A stretch of 64,000 nucleotides of DNA from Podarcis cretensis. Lineage: Eukaryota. Below the pieces are notes generated by a model. The model had not been told where the DNA came from and made no database searches. It saw only the letters and a program-made list of their open reading frames with translations. Both the position numbers and the translations under genes were made by a program. Where the stretch lies: the NCBI GenBank assembly GCA_951804945.1, contig OX638151.1:47120001-47184000 (forward strand), given 5' to 3'. Shown here piece by piece: positions 38,761-52,148 of this stretch. The number at the start of each line of letters is the position of its first letter. Position 1 is the first letter of the stretch.

Positions 38761-39189
38761 GGTATAGCCACTAGTTATGTGGACCAGTAATACCAGGGGG
38801 GAAATGAATATGTGCTTAATGCTGCGTTCATTTAATCAACACTTCACAGACTGAATTCTGCCCAATGTTTTGACATGAATAAGGGAAGCACTCTTCATAC
38901 AAACCTCCATGAGAGTAAGTACCTTGAAGCTTTGGATCATGACATGAACAGTTTAATTATGAAATGTTTAAACCATTTCCCCACGAGATCATAAAGTGGT
39001 TTATGAAAAGCAAATAAAATTTCTGAGGCTTGAAAACAGCCAAGCACAACAGAACACTTTAAAGCACAGAAACATCCAAATCCACACATTCTTCATTTGC
39101 TGCAAGAAATTTAAAACAAAACAGTTTCAGTATTTTCACACAGTAATCTGAGAGCTTTAAGAAGCTATCAGATCAATCCTATGCCTACT

Positions 39190-39690
39190 GTACACCGAGA
39201 CCACAAATATGCTACCACTATGTCAGTGGAAAAGCTGCAATGTTGTGCCTCTGAATACCAATTTCTCCCTTCTGAAGTGACCAAAGGCAGATTCTCACAT
39301 ACTCCATATCAAGCCCATTTGTGTGCCTGCAACCAAGGAGCACCTGATTCAATGGACCACATTCTTTAGATTGCTCTTTACACAGCAGACCTCACCTACT
39401 GATGCTGAGCAAAAGTTGGACCTCCGCCTACAAATCCGAGAAGTCAAATGAGGTTTCTCCTGGCAGATTGGGACAAAGATATCACTGCCTTAGTATCTTC
39501 CTTTTTAGCCACAATTTTGCCTTAAAGGGTTCCCAACCAACTATCCTTTTGGGGAACAGACAGGGCGAAACAGAATATCTAAGTGCACACGATCACAGTG
39601 TGACCTTATTACCCTCGACATATTCACCCTCGTCCTTTTAATTATCCCAGTGACTTGAAATGTTTTATATTGTGATGCCAATAAAGGTAT
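39190..39690 (+). mobile_element. Old non-LTR retrotransposon 3' fragment (RTE-X-like)
   Basis: PYQAHLCACNQGAPDSMDHIL zinc-knuckle-like remnant, with a downstream AATAAA. Confidence 0.4.
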
Positions 39691-40764
39691 TTGACTTGAT
39701 CTGAATACCAGTTTCTGGAAATCGGAGGTGGGCAGAATGCTGTTGCACTCCTGTCCAGCTTGCAGGCTTCTGGTAAGCCCCTGTGAGAACAGGATGCTGG
39801 ACTAGATGGGCCAATGCATCTCAATTTAACAATTTCCAGAGGTGCCATCACAGACATAAACTGGTTCACTGCAACCCCAGTAAGATCCCAGTAAGATCCA
39901 TAGCATGGAAACAAAATATAAGGATTCAATACTTAGACTAGTTATTTCCTCCAAAGTAGGTCAGTGCCCACTTAAATTGTAATAAAGCTTTTCAGACAGA
40001 TTTGGTGCAAGCAGCTCCATTAAAAATGCCCCCAGGATTCCTAGCTCTGTACAAATTTTGGATACGAACTTCTTTGTAGATTAGGTATCTTGGTCCCAAA
40101 CCTGACTTGAGAATTTACATTGGAAGAGATGGCCAAGGATGCAGGCCATATATTAGTAAAGTGAAGAGGGGATAATGTGTCAGGAGTCACCAGAGTTTGT
40201 AATAAAATGCACACAATTTACTATTTCGAAAGCTTGTTTGTAATATCAGATTACACAATGGATTCTAAAACAGAATCAATTCAGTATTCATGCAGTATGT
40301 TAATATGAGTGACCAATGCTCCTAGCCACTGTATTTTATAATATACTGCTCTTGGATCACAATTTTCATGCAGTTGTTAAGTACTAACAGTAACAGGGGC
40401 TTGTCCTGTTCCCACTTATCTCTTTAAAATTGCTTGGTCTCCCCAGTCATCCATCATCTGTACCTAAGGAATTAAGTCCTTTTTTCTACCAGAAGCTGAG
40501 GAAAGCCTGTATTTTGCAACTTCCATCTCTGGCCTACTACCACTTTGTTTCCAGTCTCTAGTCCCTGGGCACTTTCCTGGCTACAGGACTGTCTTACGAG
40601 TGGCTTGTTAATTTCAACATGTCAATCAATGCTCACTTGGGTCCTGGTCTGTAAAGTTGGACTGTTGCCAAAGAGTCCTTCAGTGTCCGTCTTTTTTAGT
40701 TTGACCATCTATGTTCCTACATGAGAAACCCAGAAGCCTGATTGTAAGTAGCTGTAATAAGACA

Positions 40765-40789
40765 CTTGTGGCTAAGATCAAGTGTAGTA
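40765..40789 (+). pseudogene. U2 snRNA 5' fragment (nt 14-38)
   Basis: cttgtggctaagatcaagtgtagta matches U2 CUUUUGGCUAAGAUCAAGUGUAGUA at 24/25 positions. Confidence 0.75.
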
Positions 40790-41267
40790 AGTAGCAATAA
40801 TAAGATAGACAGATGTGAACTAAAATGTTCTCTTTAAAAGTTTCTTGAAGCAACACCCTGTCTCTTGGGTTGTCCTCTTACCATCTTTTCTATTCTTAAT
40901 AGCTTCGTAAAACTGGTGTTGTGGTCTTGAGTGCTTCCCTGCCTCCTCCACCCAGTATGTGAACATTTTGAAAATACTGCTAATGCAAATGCAAACATCA
41001 TCCTTCATTCATATATCCACATTGCCAGTGGGTGGGGTATTTAGTGTTTTGGAGGGAGAGGGGCTGTCAAATTCTACATGTGTTTGAGGGAAGCAGGCAG
41101 TGTTTACTCTCAAATCTCAGTCATGCAAAGAACACAAGTACCTTGGACAGCTCCAGTGGACCCTGTTTCAATACCTACAGGAGAAGTTTCTCTGCAGTGA
41201 GTCAGAGACTAATGAAGCCTTATGTAACCAGGCCTGAGGTACGGTAGGCTCTGCCTCCCTAGGAGGA

Positions 41268-41299
<32 letters not shown>
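41268..41299. repeat. (GGCT)n
   Basis: Direct reading. Confidence 0.9.
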
Positions 41300-41300
<1 letters not shown>

Positions 41301-42726
41301 AGCCCCTTGCCTTATTTTGTAACCTTTGGCTTCTATGAATCAGAGGAGACAAAGCTACTGTAAGGGATTCATTCTCCAAGTTAAGGTGGTAGGGCTGTGT
41401 CGAAACGGGATAAACCCATGTGTGATACAATATATAATCAACATAGCTGCAGCCAAAGCTATTATTGATTAACATACAGTGATATGGAACTCTTAACACT
41501 TTAAAAATGCACATGGGGTAGCATTAGCATGCTGGAGTGAGGCAACTGGAATCAAACTATTGTTTTTGGCATAGTCACAATTTCTAATAAAACTGGAAAT
41601 GCACAATCAAATTATTGTGATTAAAAGACCCAGCTAAATCCCTATAATTTGTTTGATTTCCTGAAGCAGCAGCGGATATAGTATCTATAGCCATTTTAAT
41701 CATAACTGCAGTGCTTAGTGAGTTTGGCTTGGGTCCTAAATTTCTCCCACAGGCAGGAGTATCCTATATCAATCTGAGAATCTCTCTTCATGATTCAGTG
41801 GCAAACCATCACCTTTCTTTTAATGCCAGTTACGTTATTTGACTTATTCACAACTCACACCATTGACAAAGGAAAATTCCCAGGGCAGCATTTTTTTCTG
41901 TGTGCTAGTGATGCACTACTCTTCCGTGTACTTTGTCTAATGACAGAGCTTTATTGGGCTGAAAAGGCTAGTACTGCAGATAACTGAGCAAGTAACCTTT
42001 TTTCTAAAGGAAAAGGACACTGAACGGAACAGTCATCTAGATCTCATGTTTCCATTTCAGAATACAAGAACTTGGCTGTTATAATTCTAAAGAAAGTCTT
42101 CAAAATGTGAGCCAACTAATCAAAGCACAGCTGCCTGCAGAATTCTATGTTAGGTCATGAACTTAATTTTACAATGAATGCTTTACCAAGGCACTAATTC
42201 CAACACCAAAACATTTCATTATTTACCCCACTCCATGTCTGATACCCTCCTTAAATAAATTGAGTTGGGTCCAAAGAAGCATGAGCAGAATACTAATTAA
42301 TTCATGTTCTTCTGCAAATTTCCACAGCCAATAAGTAGAACACTTTGTGCAACAAACTTCATCATGGCAGATGAAGGGATTGTGCAACTATATATCTGCA
42401 CAGGACATGCATGTGGTTCCCCATTGCAAAGCAAGCCAGAACAGAAGACAGCAGGCACCCAAGCCATTAGGACTTACTTTACACATGTGTATAAAGATAT
42501 AAACTATAAATGCCACGACCCACCCATTTTTTGGAACTGTCTCCACTCACCACTAGCTTGTGGCTCAGTACATCCTTTTTAAAAAGTTGAACCAAAACCT
42601 GCTGCAAACACTTCATGCAAACATACTTCAGTGCAGTAGAGCCAGACAATATCTGATTTTCTACATCATGGTATATCACCAGCTAATTATCACAATATCT
42701 CAATATATCACTATATATCTACTGCA

Positions 42727-42945
42727 ATGGAGGGCCTTACTGAGCCTCCTCACGGCAGCAGAGGTCCCGCCGTACATCCCCGTGGCAGCAAAGGGTGCGT
42801 CACACTTCCCCACAGCTGCAGAGGTCCCGCTATACCCCCACACACACAGTGGCAGAAGATGCACCATGATTCCCTGCAGCAGCAGAGGGCTTTGCCACGT
42901 ATCCTCATGGCAGCAGAAGGTCCCACCGTATCTCCCCGCGGTAAC
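42727..42945. repeat. Degenerate GC-rich minisatellite (~29-30 bp unit, ~7 copies)
   Basis: Recurring ggcagcagaggtcccgccgta. Confidence 0.65.
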
Positions 42946-43235
42946 AAGCTAAAAGATAGTCTCCTTTAAATAAATTAAATAAATTTTTTAAAACCCTTCC
43001 TTTTTGATATGGAGGAAAGCTATTTAGGGGGAACCAACAACATAAAAACTCTTCCTCCTGTGTTTTTCACAGGTGGGGGCGAGTGTGAGAAAAGAAATAA
43101 GAGCTTTCCAATTCTTTGTTTATGTTCTTTCTTTACTTTGCTGGTGGATCTTTGATTGTCCAGTCTGGGGGGGGGGTTCCTCCTGGACTGTTAGCAGGCT
43201 CTGCATAATTAGCTGAGCCCTAAGTGGAAGGATAT

Positions 43236-43584
43236 GGGACGCAGGTGGCGCTGTGGGTTAAAGCCTCAGCGCCTAGGGCTTGCCGATCGAAAGGTTGGCA
43301 GTTCGAATCCCTGCGGCGGGGTGCGCTCCCGCTGCTCGGTCCCAGCGCCTGCCAACCTAGCAGTTCGAAAGCACCTCCGGGTGCAAGTAGATAAATAGGG
43401 ACCGCTTACCAGTGGGAAGGTAAACGGCGTTTCCGTGTGCGGCTCTGGCTCGCCAGAGCAGCGATGTCACGCTAGCCACGTGACCCGGAAGTGTCTCCGG
43501 ACAGCGCTGGCCCCTGGCCTCTTGAGTGAGATGGGCGCACAACCCCAGAGTCTGTCAAGACTGGCCCGTATGGGCAGGGGGGTA
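43236..43584 (+). mobile_element. Sauria-type SINE of a distinct CpG-rich subfamily, full head, 16-bp TSD
   Basis: Starts gggacgcaggtggcgctgtggg; TSD cctaagtggaaggata at 43219-43234 and 43585-43600. Confidence 0.92.
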
Positions 43585-45575
43585 CCTAAGTGGAAGGATA
43601 CTGGTGAAGCTGAAAGAGTTTGCTGGTTTGTGTGAGGGCTTATCATCACTTCTTACTGGTTAGGAGGGAAAACAAAGCTGGAGACACCATGCCTGCAAAT
43701 TATCTGCAAAGTATCTGTAAAGTATCTGGTCAGCTGAGCTACGCCCTGAGAAACTGTTAAGTGTCCACCTTTGGTTTACCTTGTTGAAACACTTTATCAC
43801 AATGTTATTTCAAAACAGGTATTCAGTGGAATGGTGATTTATCACACAGCCCTACAGTGTAATTCAGCTTTTCAGCAGGTACCATGTTACAAAACTTACA
43901 TGTGAATAGGGTCAGGGCAGCAACTTCCAGTTTATATTTTATCCGTTGTAATTTATAAGAATCTTAGATTATGGGATATCTAAAATGTTATGGCAATAAA
44001 TATTATGGCATGTCCTCGAAGGAGGACTTTCAAACCCAAATATGCACATGTGGAAGTTAATCCTTATCCTTGTCATTATGCAATAAAGAAAGCAAGGTCA
44101 TTATTTGTCATGCTTTTTAAATCAGTTAACAAGCCTGACAGAATTAAAAATTTGTCTTTAATCACCTTTTCATTTGCCCCAATGTCATAAACCATTGAGA
44201 CAAGCTCCTTTCTAAATGCTGCTGAAAAATTAAGCATTCTGTGATACAAAAGGCCCAACTCCTCCATCTTAGCTAAATGTTAGTTAACTTAAAATAAAGC
44301 AAGCTAAAAAAAGTGCAATTGCACAATTTATTTCTTTTACTTATAGCATGCCTACTGTTACACATTCTTCTCATTCAGCACTATGAAAACTACCGAAACC
44401 CCACCTAATTCTTTCGATGTGTCAGAATTTAAATTAATATATTAATATGCAAGTGTCAGTTCATCCACACTATTTCATGATAAAACTGCAACCTAAAGGT
44501 TTTATCAAATGGTTGTTGTTGTTTTTCCAGCTCTTGACTGCACTGATTCGAGGTCAGCACAGATCATGGTGAATCACCTCTAATCTAGATCACAGACTAT
44601 GGGCATTGTGATGTCCAAATAAGTGGTACAGTCATTGCAGGGGAAGGATACAAAACCCCTACAGTGCCACTTAATTTCTCATCCTTCTGTTAAGATAATC
44701 ATAGACTGTACTGTAAGTAGTAACAGCAGATTATGATTCTCCTGAAACCAAAGAAACCCACATACATTACTATGATAGCCCAACACCTTCCATGTAGTAG
44801 CATCAGCTGTTATGTACTAGTTATTGTAAACACACAGTACAAAGTAACACTCTTCTCTCTGTATCTTTTCTTGTCCCCCACAAGATTTTAATCAAGACCA
44901 TCTTCAACGATTTAATTTACTGAGTGCTATTAAGGACTATTTTAGAAAACGTTTGTGCCACTATGACATATTTTGGATTAAACAGTGATACAGAATTCAG
45001 CTTGCCTTTTATCAGACGCTTGCTACCTTCTTTTCCTTGTAAATGACATTCAATGCACCTTCAACAGACTATTATTCTATTATCTTTTGTTGTTGCTGCG
45101 GGATTCCCTCTCATTAGTCATTGTGACTTCTAACACACCACTGTCATGGAAAGTTCACTTAACAACTGAGATAACATTTCACAGCATATGTAGATAATGT
45201 CTTTTCTATTTGACAGCCTGGAAGCTGTCCAGAAGAGCTCTTGTTCTTTTTAAACACTGTTTAGATAATAGTGGGTATAAGATGGCAAAGCTATTAAGTT
45301 ACCCGAGGAGTCTTTCCAGACTATTGCTTCCCTGTGCAATAAGTACACAGTTATTACCCAGTTGCTGACTGAGTGCCAAAAGTCTTTACCCAACCTAGTG
45401 CATCTATTATTGAAGTATTGTTTTTATCCAGCACTCAGTGCAACATTTTATATAAGATACTTTTATTCCTAATGCATCAAAGAGTGCAATATTTTGTTTG
45501 AGGAACAATGCAGTTTCCCCATTCCAATACGGCAAAGATTGCAAAAACAAGTGTTGTGTACAATGTTGTACACAG

Positions 45576-45582
45576 ATAATAA

Positions 45583-45613
<31 letters not shown>

Positions 45614-46171
45614 GTAATAATAATAATTTATTTGTACCCCGCCCAACTGGCTGGGTTTCCCCAGCCACTCTGGGCGGCTTCCATAAAAACCAAAAATACG
45701 CTAAAATATCACAGATTAAAAACTTCCCTGAACAGGGCTGCCTTAAGATGTCTTCTGAATGTCAGGTAGTTATTTATCGCTTTGACATCTGATGGGAGGG
45801 CGTTCCACAGGGCAGGCGCCACTACCGAGAAGGCCCTCTGCCTGGTTCCCTGTAGCTTTGCTTCTCGCAATGAGGGAACCGCCAGAAGGCCCTTGGCGCT
45901 GGACCTCAGCGTCCGGGCAGAACGATGGGGGTGGAGACGCTCCTTCAGGTATACTGGGCCGAGGCCATTTAGGGCTTTAAAGGTCAACACCAGCACTTTG
46001 AATTGTGCTCAGAAACGTACTGGGAGCCAATGTAGGTCTTTCAAGACTGGTGTTATGTGGTCTCGGTGGCCGCCCCCAGTCACCAGTCTAGCTGCCGCAT
46101 TCTGGATTAGTTGTAGTTTCCGAGTCACCTTCAAAGGTAGCCCCACGTAGAGCGCATTGCAGTAGTCCAAG
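45576..46171 (-). mobile_element. L2/CR1-group LINE 3' fragment, relatively young
   Basis: LDYCNALYVGLP...QNAAARL...HITPVLKDLHWLPVRF*AQFKVLVL...RAFSVVAPALWNALP...FREVF with a single in-frame stop; (TAT)n tail. Confidence 0.9.
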
Positions 46172-49059
46172 ATAAGGCTATCAACTGTTATTATCCGTGA
46201 TAGTTGCGTACTACTTCCATTGTTGGAGGCAGTATGCTTCTGAATACCAGTTGCTTGGGAACACAAAGGGGAAGAGTGGTGTTCTGCTCATTTCCTGCTT
46301 GCAGAGTTCCCACAGGCATCTGGTTGGCTTTTGTGGGAACAGGATGCTGAGCTAGATGGGCCTTTGGTCTAATGCAGTTGTACATCTTCATATGTACATC
46401 ACTGTGGAATCTTCCAATGAAGGTGGTTTAGAAATATTTTAAATAAAATGTATCAATGTAAGTTAACCCTGAATCTCTTAACAACTAGAATCAGAAGTCT
46501 CCCTGCTATCTCCAGCAAAATAACCCTTTTGTGCTACCCCACATAGCTACAGACACACTTCTCTGCCCTCCATTATCATTACTAAAGTTTAGTACAGTGG
46601 CCTTGAAACTTATGTGATGGTTTGGTACTCGGGGTCCACACACAAAAGCAAGAAACACATCCTATTATAGCCTCTGATGTCATCCACTACTCAGTACTAT
46701 ACTTGGCAAGAGATAAAACCCACATGTGTTAAGCCAAACAGGTAAGCAGTTAATGGGCAACAGTTCTGAATGCACATTTGCAAACCAAACACAGAACCAT
46801 GAAGGAAGGCTGTTATTCATGTGAACAGGACTCTGCCTAATACAGGGTTGAATAAATTGTCCAGCTATCTCAGGACTGTCAACACTCATTGATTGTTCTT
46901 CTCTAGGGTTGCAGGTTGGAGATTTTACCAGCCATACCAGGATCTTTGCATGCAAAGCATGTGCTCTTCCACTTACTTACAGCCCTTCCCCTACTACCAA
47001 ACAATGCATGAGGAAATGGGAGCATGCCAGCTGCTCCCACTAGGTACTTTAAGCATGCAGCATATTGTACAAGCGTAAGCTCTGTATGTGCAGCCAGGGA
47101 CCCTGGTCTCCCTGACCTCTAGAACACAGCTACAGTTTAGCACATATGTAGGGTGGGTTTTTTCCAGAAGTGATGCTGTACAAGCCTTTGTGCAATTAAG
47201 AACACACAAAAATACATGAGAGCAGTTTAATTTCATACACATTTCTGGGTAGCAGACACCATAAATACAATTGATACTGCACTTTACGACCGCAAAACAT
47301 GAATTATAGCAGAGAACAATGCCCCAAGGTCATCAACTGAAGCACTAAGAGCATTTGGCAAAGATGGAGCCACAATCAAATATTCTGCACTCATTTGCAA
47401 TGGCAACCTTCATTTTGCTGATCTCGCTATGGTCTGTGAATAATCAAGGGTTTGTTTTGTTTTCTCATTTACCAATGAGACAGCTTGAGGACACACGTTT
47501 TCTGTTCCTAACACTCTTTCTACTACTCCTCTCATAAGAAAAACAGAAATCTGAGCAGAATTATAGGTATCATTTGAATTTTGTACAATGCATTTTTGTA
47601 GAAACAATGCTCCAGCAAGCGCTTCCCTCTGAAAGGATGACTTCCTTATTTCACCCAAGCAACTTTTTCCACACAAACAACCCCCCACAAATATGTGGTG
47701 CTAAAATCACAAAGCATTCACCAGCCCCAAAATGAAGCCATCAAGAATGAGCCCAATTCATCCTCAACATTGTGTACAATGGAAAAGCCGCTTTCCTTAG
47801 CCTGTGTTCGGCAAGACTGTAAAATCACAAAATACATCCATTTAATACAACGATGAATAATAAAACCACAAATTAAAAATCTTGAACCTCTGAGAAGTGC
47901 AGCCCTCCACCTAGCTCCTTCCATCCCACATAGTTATTAAATTTTCCACCCCAGATACAGTTGTTAAATCCAGGCCACACATCACAAATATTGAGGGAAC
48001 AGAGTGGAACAGAGAGGCAGCTGTTAAATTGCTGCATACCTGTCCTGGAGAGAGGAGGGGTGAGGGAAGGAAAATAATGGCTGTCAAATATGTTATAGCA
48101 TTAAATTATCCCAAGCAGCAGGGCCCTTGCGTAATAGTGCTATACTTCAAAGATTACTCCCATTTCACTAGTAGATTGAGCTAAGTTTTTGTTATATGCT
48201 AGTTTGAGCCATTATTATGTACCGAGCTCATCACTCCAAGTCAAATCCTAGCCTGCTTTAAGACATTTAATGAAATAGCAGGGTTTCTCATGTGCTGCTC
48301 TGGAGGAGACCAAATCCTAAAAGGGTCATTTTATTCCTTTTACTATTTAATGCTTATTTCCCTCTCCCACTCTAGATCTCACCAGAATTTCAACTGCTGC
48401 AATCCCCCAAAAAGGCAGCCTACTCAAGACTGCCAACAGTGATTCAGCTGGAACTGTACTGCAGTGATCTGCAGTCTGTTTCATCAAATATTCAATAAAA
48501 GCAAGCTCTCAAAGCCAAATACAGATCTTATTTGATTTGAAGCTCCCCCACCCCCACCCCCGCACACATATACACCGGCTAGCTCCCATTTCTTTATTCG
48601 TAATATCAACTTAAAATTCCAGTACTAGTTTTCTTTTAGGCCAGGGGACAGGTGGAGAAAAGACCTGTAAACACACATTTTTGTAACTAAAGCTATATCC
48701 CACTGCAGGCCAGTTTTCATTCAACCCCATCAGACAGAATAAAGTCTGGACGTGAGAAACTCACTAGTGATTCCTTACTGCAAAACAGAAAAAGCAGCAG
48801 AATTTGTACGAGCTAATGCTTGCTTCTGCATTGCAGCTGAATTCAGCTGATATTGGCCTTAGTGAAGATTTATTAGGGGGATGCTGCCTGGAATAATAAA
48901 CCAAAAAAGCAAACAGTATCAAATTTAGTCTGACTTAATAATTGACACATTTAGGTTGTGAAAAAGAGAAAGCAAGTATTTAAAGTTGTGGGCAGCAATG
49001 CCTTCACCCAATGATTTCTTTCCCCATGCTGATCTCCAAGGCAGTGAAGCCATCATCTG

Positions 49060-49306
49060 TATACAAACATGAGAATGGGCCTTTTCTGTGGTGGCTCCCT
49101 GCTCTTCCCAGGGAGGCTCATCTGGCACCTTCATTACATACATTTAGGTACAAGGCAGAAACTTTCCTCTTCTCCCAGGTCATAGGCTAATTAAAAAATC
49201 TATGGCCTTTTAAACTTCGGGGGGGGGAGCAGTATTGGTTTTGTTTGTATTTTCATGCTTTTATATTGTAAACCACCCCATGATCCTTGGATTGATGATG
49301 ATGATG

Positions 49307-49335
<29 letters not shown>
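49060..49335 (+). mobile_element. Degraded L2-like 3' end with (GAT)n(AAT)n tail
   Basis: gccttttctgtggtggctccc motif, tgtaaaccaccc end motif, microsatellite tail. Confidence 0.65.
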
Positions 49336-49337
<2 letters not shown>

Positions 49338-50657
49338 AAACCAGCAGCAGCTTCTGCACAAAGGCTGCCTGAACTATTTCTGCCACAAAAGAACCATGGC
49401 TTCTGATTGCAAATCACAAGCTGGTTTGAGAATAGCTCATCAAAGAGGAGTAATTTCATGTGAACCTGGCTTTAAAAAACCAGTAGTGGGAGTGTGCAGG
49501 AGAACTAAGAGAAATATAAATCTCAGAGTAATAACCTATGTTTGTACTTCTCTTTTCAGTTTACGGCTCATAATGATACATATTCAGCATTCTAGATAGA
49601 ACATTTTTCCATAAAATGGTTTTAATTTCTATAAATGCATTGTTTCATAAATTTAAGTAGTAACATAGAGGCCACATTCAAACACGATGCTAAAAAGCCC
49701 CTCAATGGGTGAAGGAAGTGCCTGCCCCCCACCAAAAAAATAATAAACCATTATTGTCACAGCCACTCTCACCTTCTCAAAAACAAATTAATTCAGTCTG
49801 CCAGTTTAACACTGAGAATTGCTAAAGCAAAAGGGAGGGAGCCCAGAAAACACCCATACTACTGGCTGTTCTGCATCTCAGCCCAAAAGTGTATAATGTA
49901 ATGCAGTGTTTCTATTCTGACAATTATAGGTTCAAGCATATTATTAATTACTCTCAGTTTTTCTGGACTTAGTCTATAGAACCTGGACAAAACTACACCC
50001 CAACCAACAAAGCTTTACTCCCCCAGCCTTTTCAGTTTAAGGATTTCATGGACTCGTAGATTTCTGTACTGGTAGCACACATCTTGGGCAACACCGAAAA
50101 CCAGACTCCAACATGCATACTAAACAGCTTGGAACCAGTTTACTTAATTAACACCTTCAAACCATTTACTTACAAGATTGCCTTCCTCATATGTGCCCAC
50201 TTAAACATTTCAATCTGTGGAACTGGCACTGCTGGAGGTGCCACAGGATGCTCGTTCCGCACTTGTAAGAAATCAAGTCTTTTGTGTGGCAGTGCCTACT
50301 ACACTTTGGAACTCCCTGCCTATTAACAACATTCATTGTAATCTTTTCAGTGGCTGCTTAAAACACTTTGGCATAAGCAAGTCTATTCAGAACCTAAGCA
50401 GAGCCTGCTGGATCAGACCAATAGCCCATCTAGTCCAGCATCCTGTTCTCATAGTAGCAAACCATATGTCTGTGGGAAACCCACAAGCAAGACCTAAGCA
50501 GTTTCCTGTGTTCAGCAATATTACGTCACCATAGCTAGTAGCCATTGATAGCCTTATCCTCCATGAACGTTGACGAGCTTTGATCTCTTTCCTCCTGAAG
50601 TTTCCAGCAACTCTGACCCCTTCAGCAGAAGCTTCTGCTTTTGTAGCTGGAGTCAGT

Positions 50658-50660
<3 letters not shown>

Positions 50661-50693
<33 letters not shown>
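50661..50693. repeat. (CA)n
   Basis: Direct reading. Confidence 0.95.
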
Positions 50694-50695
<2 letters not shown>

Positions 50696-50990
50696 CAATA
50701 CTGAAGGGGTAAAATCTGTCGGGGAAACTCCAAAACAGCCCAAAGAGGATAAGCATGCTCAGTGGGTACTCATCTATTGAAATGTGATCTGCTACTACCA
50801 AAAGTAGGTAAAATTACTGTAACACTGTCTCTTTGTCACCCTGACAACTGCGCAAGCCTGGCTAGAGCATAGAAAGTATTGCATGGCCCACCCTGACCTA
50901 CTGTTTTGCCTCCTCCCTTGGAGAGAGCTACTTTGTGATGCAGACAATGAATTCCCATCTGACACATCTAAGGTCCCAGATTCTCTAGAC

Positions 50991-51128
50991 CAGCCTTTCT
51001 CAACCTGTGGGTCCCCAGATGTTGTTGAACTACAACTCCCATCACCCCTAGTTAGCAAGGCCAGAGCTCAGGGATGATGGGAGTTGTAGTCCAACAAGAC
51101 CTGGGGACCCACAGGTTGAGAACCGCTG
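50991..51128. mobile_element. Palindromic hAT-type MITE
   Basis: Long inverted arms with an actacaactcccatca/tgatgggagttgtagt core; tctagac on both flanks. Confidence 0.85.
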
Positions 51129-51923
51129 CGAGTCTAGACAAACCGTGGGCTTGAATCCTGACATCTATGAATGTCCAGCCATAATCCTATCCAGCTGGTT
51201 GCCTTATAAAATGGTAATTTTTGCTCGTATGGCACTTGTGCTAATATCTGAATGCTGCTTCTTTGTGGTGTTGCTCAGTAGGAGTAAGTACTGCCTCCAG
51301 TGTCAGAGGCAGTGTATTGGGGATCAATTGTGGGGAGAATGCCGTTGTGCTCATAGCAGGCTTGCAGGCTGCCCATGAGCATCAGGTTGGCCACTGTGGG
51401 ACAGAATGCTGAACTGGAAGTGCCTTTGGTCTAATCCAGCATAGTTCTTAAGTTCTCAAAGCAGGCCTGTATTGTCCATTTTTTAGAATGCAGTGTAAAC
51501 TGTGCCACTGCTGAGTAATGGGGGAGAGGGGAGAGGATGGAGACATTTACACTTTATATCACACATAATTTGTATGTGCATGTTTTCCACTTTCGTTTCT
51601 TACTTCCATAATGAAAAGTGACGTTTAATTCTGTATTATCTAGCTTTGCATGGCAAAAGCCCATCTCTTCAATCCATGGAAGTCAGCTGATTAAATAACT
51701 CAACTATATTTCCTCTGTTTATGATGCTTTGATCACCCTGAGACTTCATTATCAATAGGCACCTTCTGGGAATGAAATCTACAAGTGCAAATCCTGAGGG
51801 GGGAGGGAATAGTGGAAGTCTGTGCTTTATTTTATTCAGAGGCAAATTAAATAAGCTTCAAAACAAAGATGGTAAGATGCATTCTGTAAAATTTAAGGAG
51901 CAAACCTGACACGCAAATATATA

Positions 51924-52148
51924 CAGTGGTACCTCAGGTTACATACACTTCAGGTTACATATGCTTCAGGTTACAGACTCCGCTAACCCAGAAATAGTAC
52001 CTCGGGTTAAGAACTTTGCTTCAGGATGAGAACAGAAATCGTGCTCCGGCAGCGCGGCAGCAGGAGGAGGCCCCATTAGCTAAAGTGGTGCTTCAGGTTA
52101 AGTACAGACCTCCGGAATGAATTAAGTACTTAACCCAAGGTACCACTG
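51924..52148. mobile_element. Same MITE family (orientation as 27780)
   Basis: TIRs cagtggtacct/aggtaccactg, TA TSD. Confidence 0.92.
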
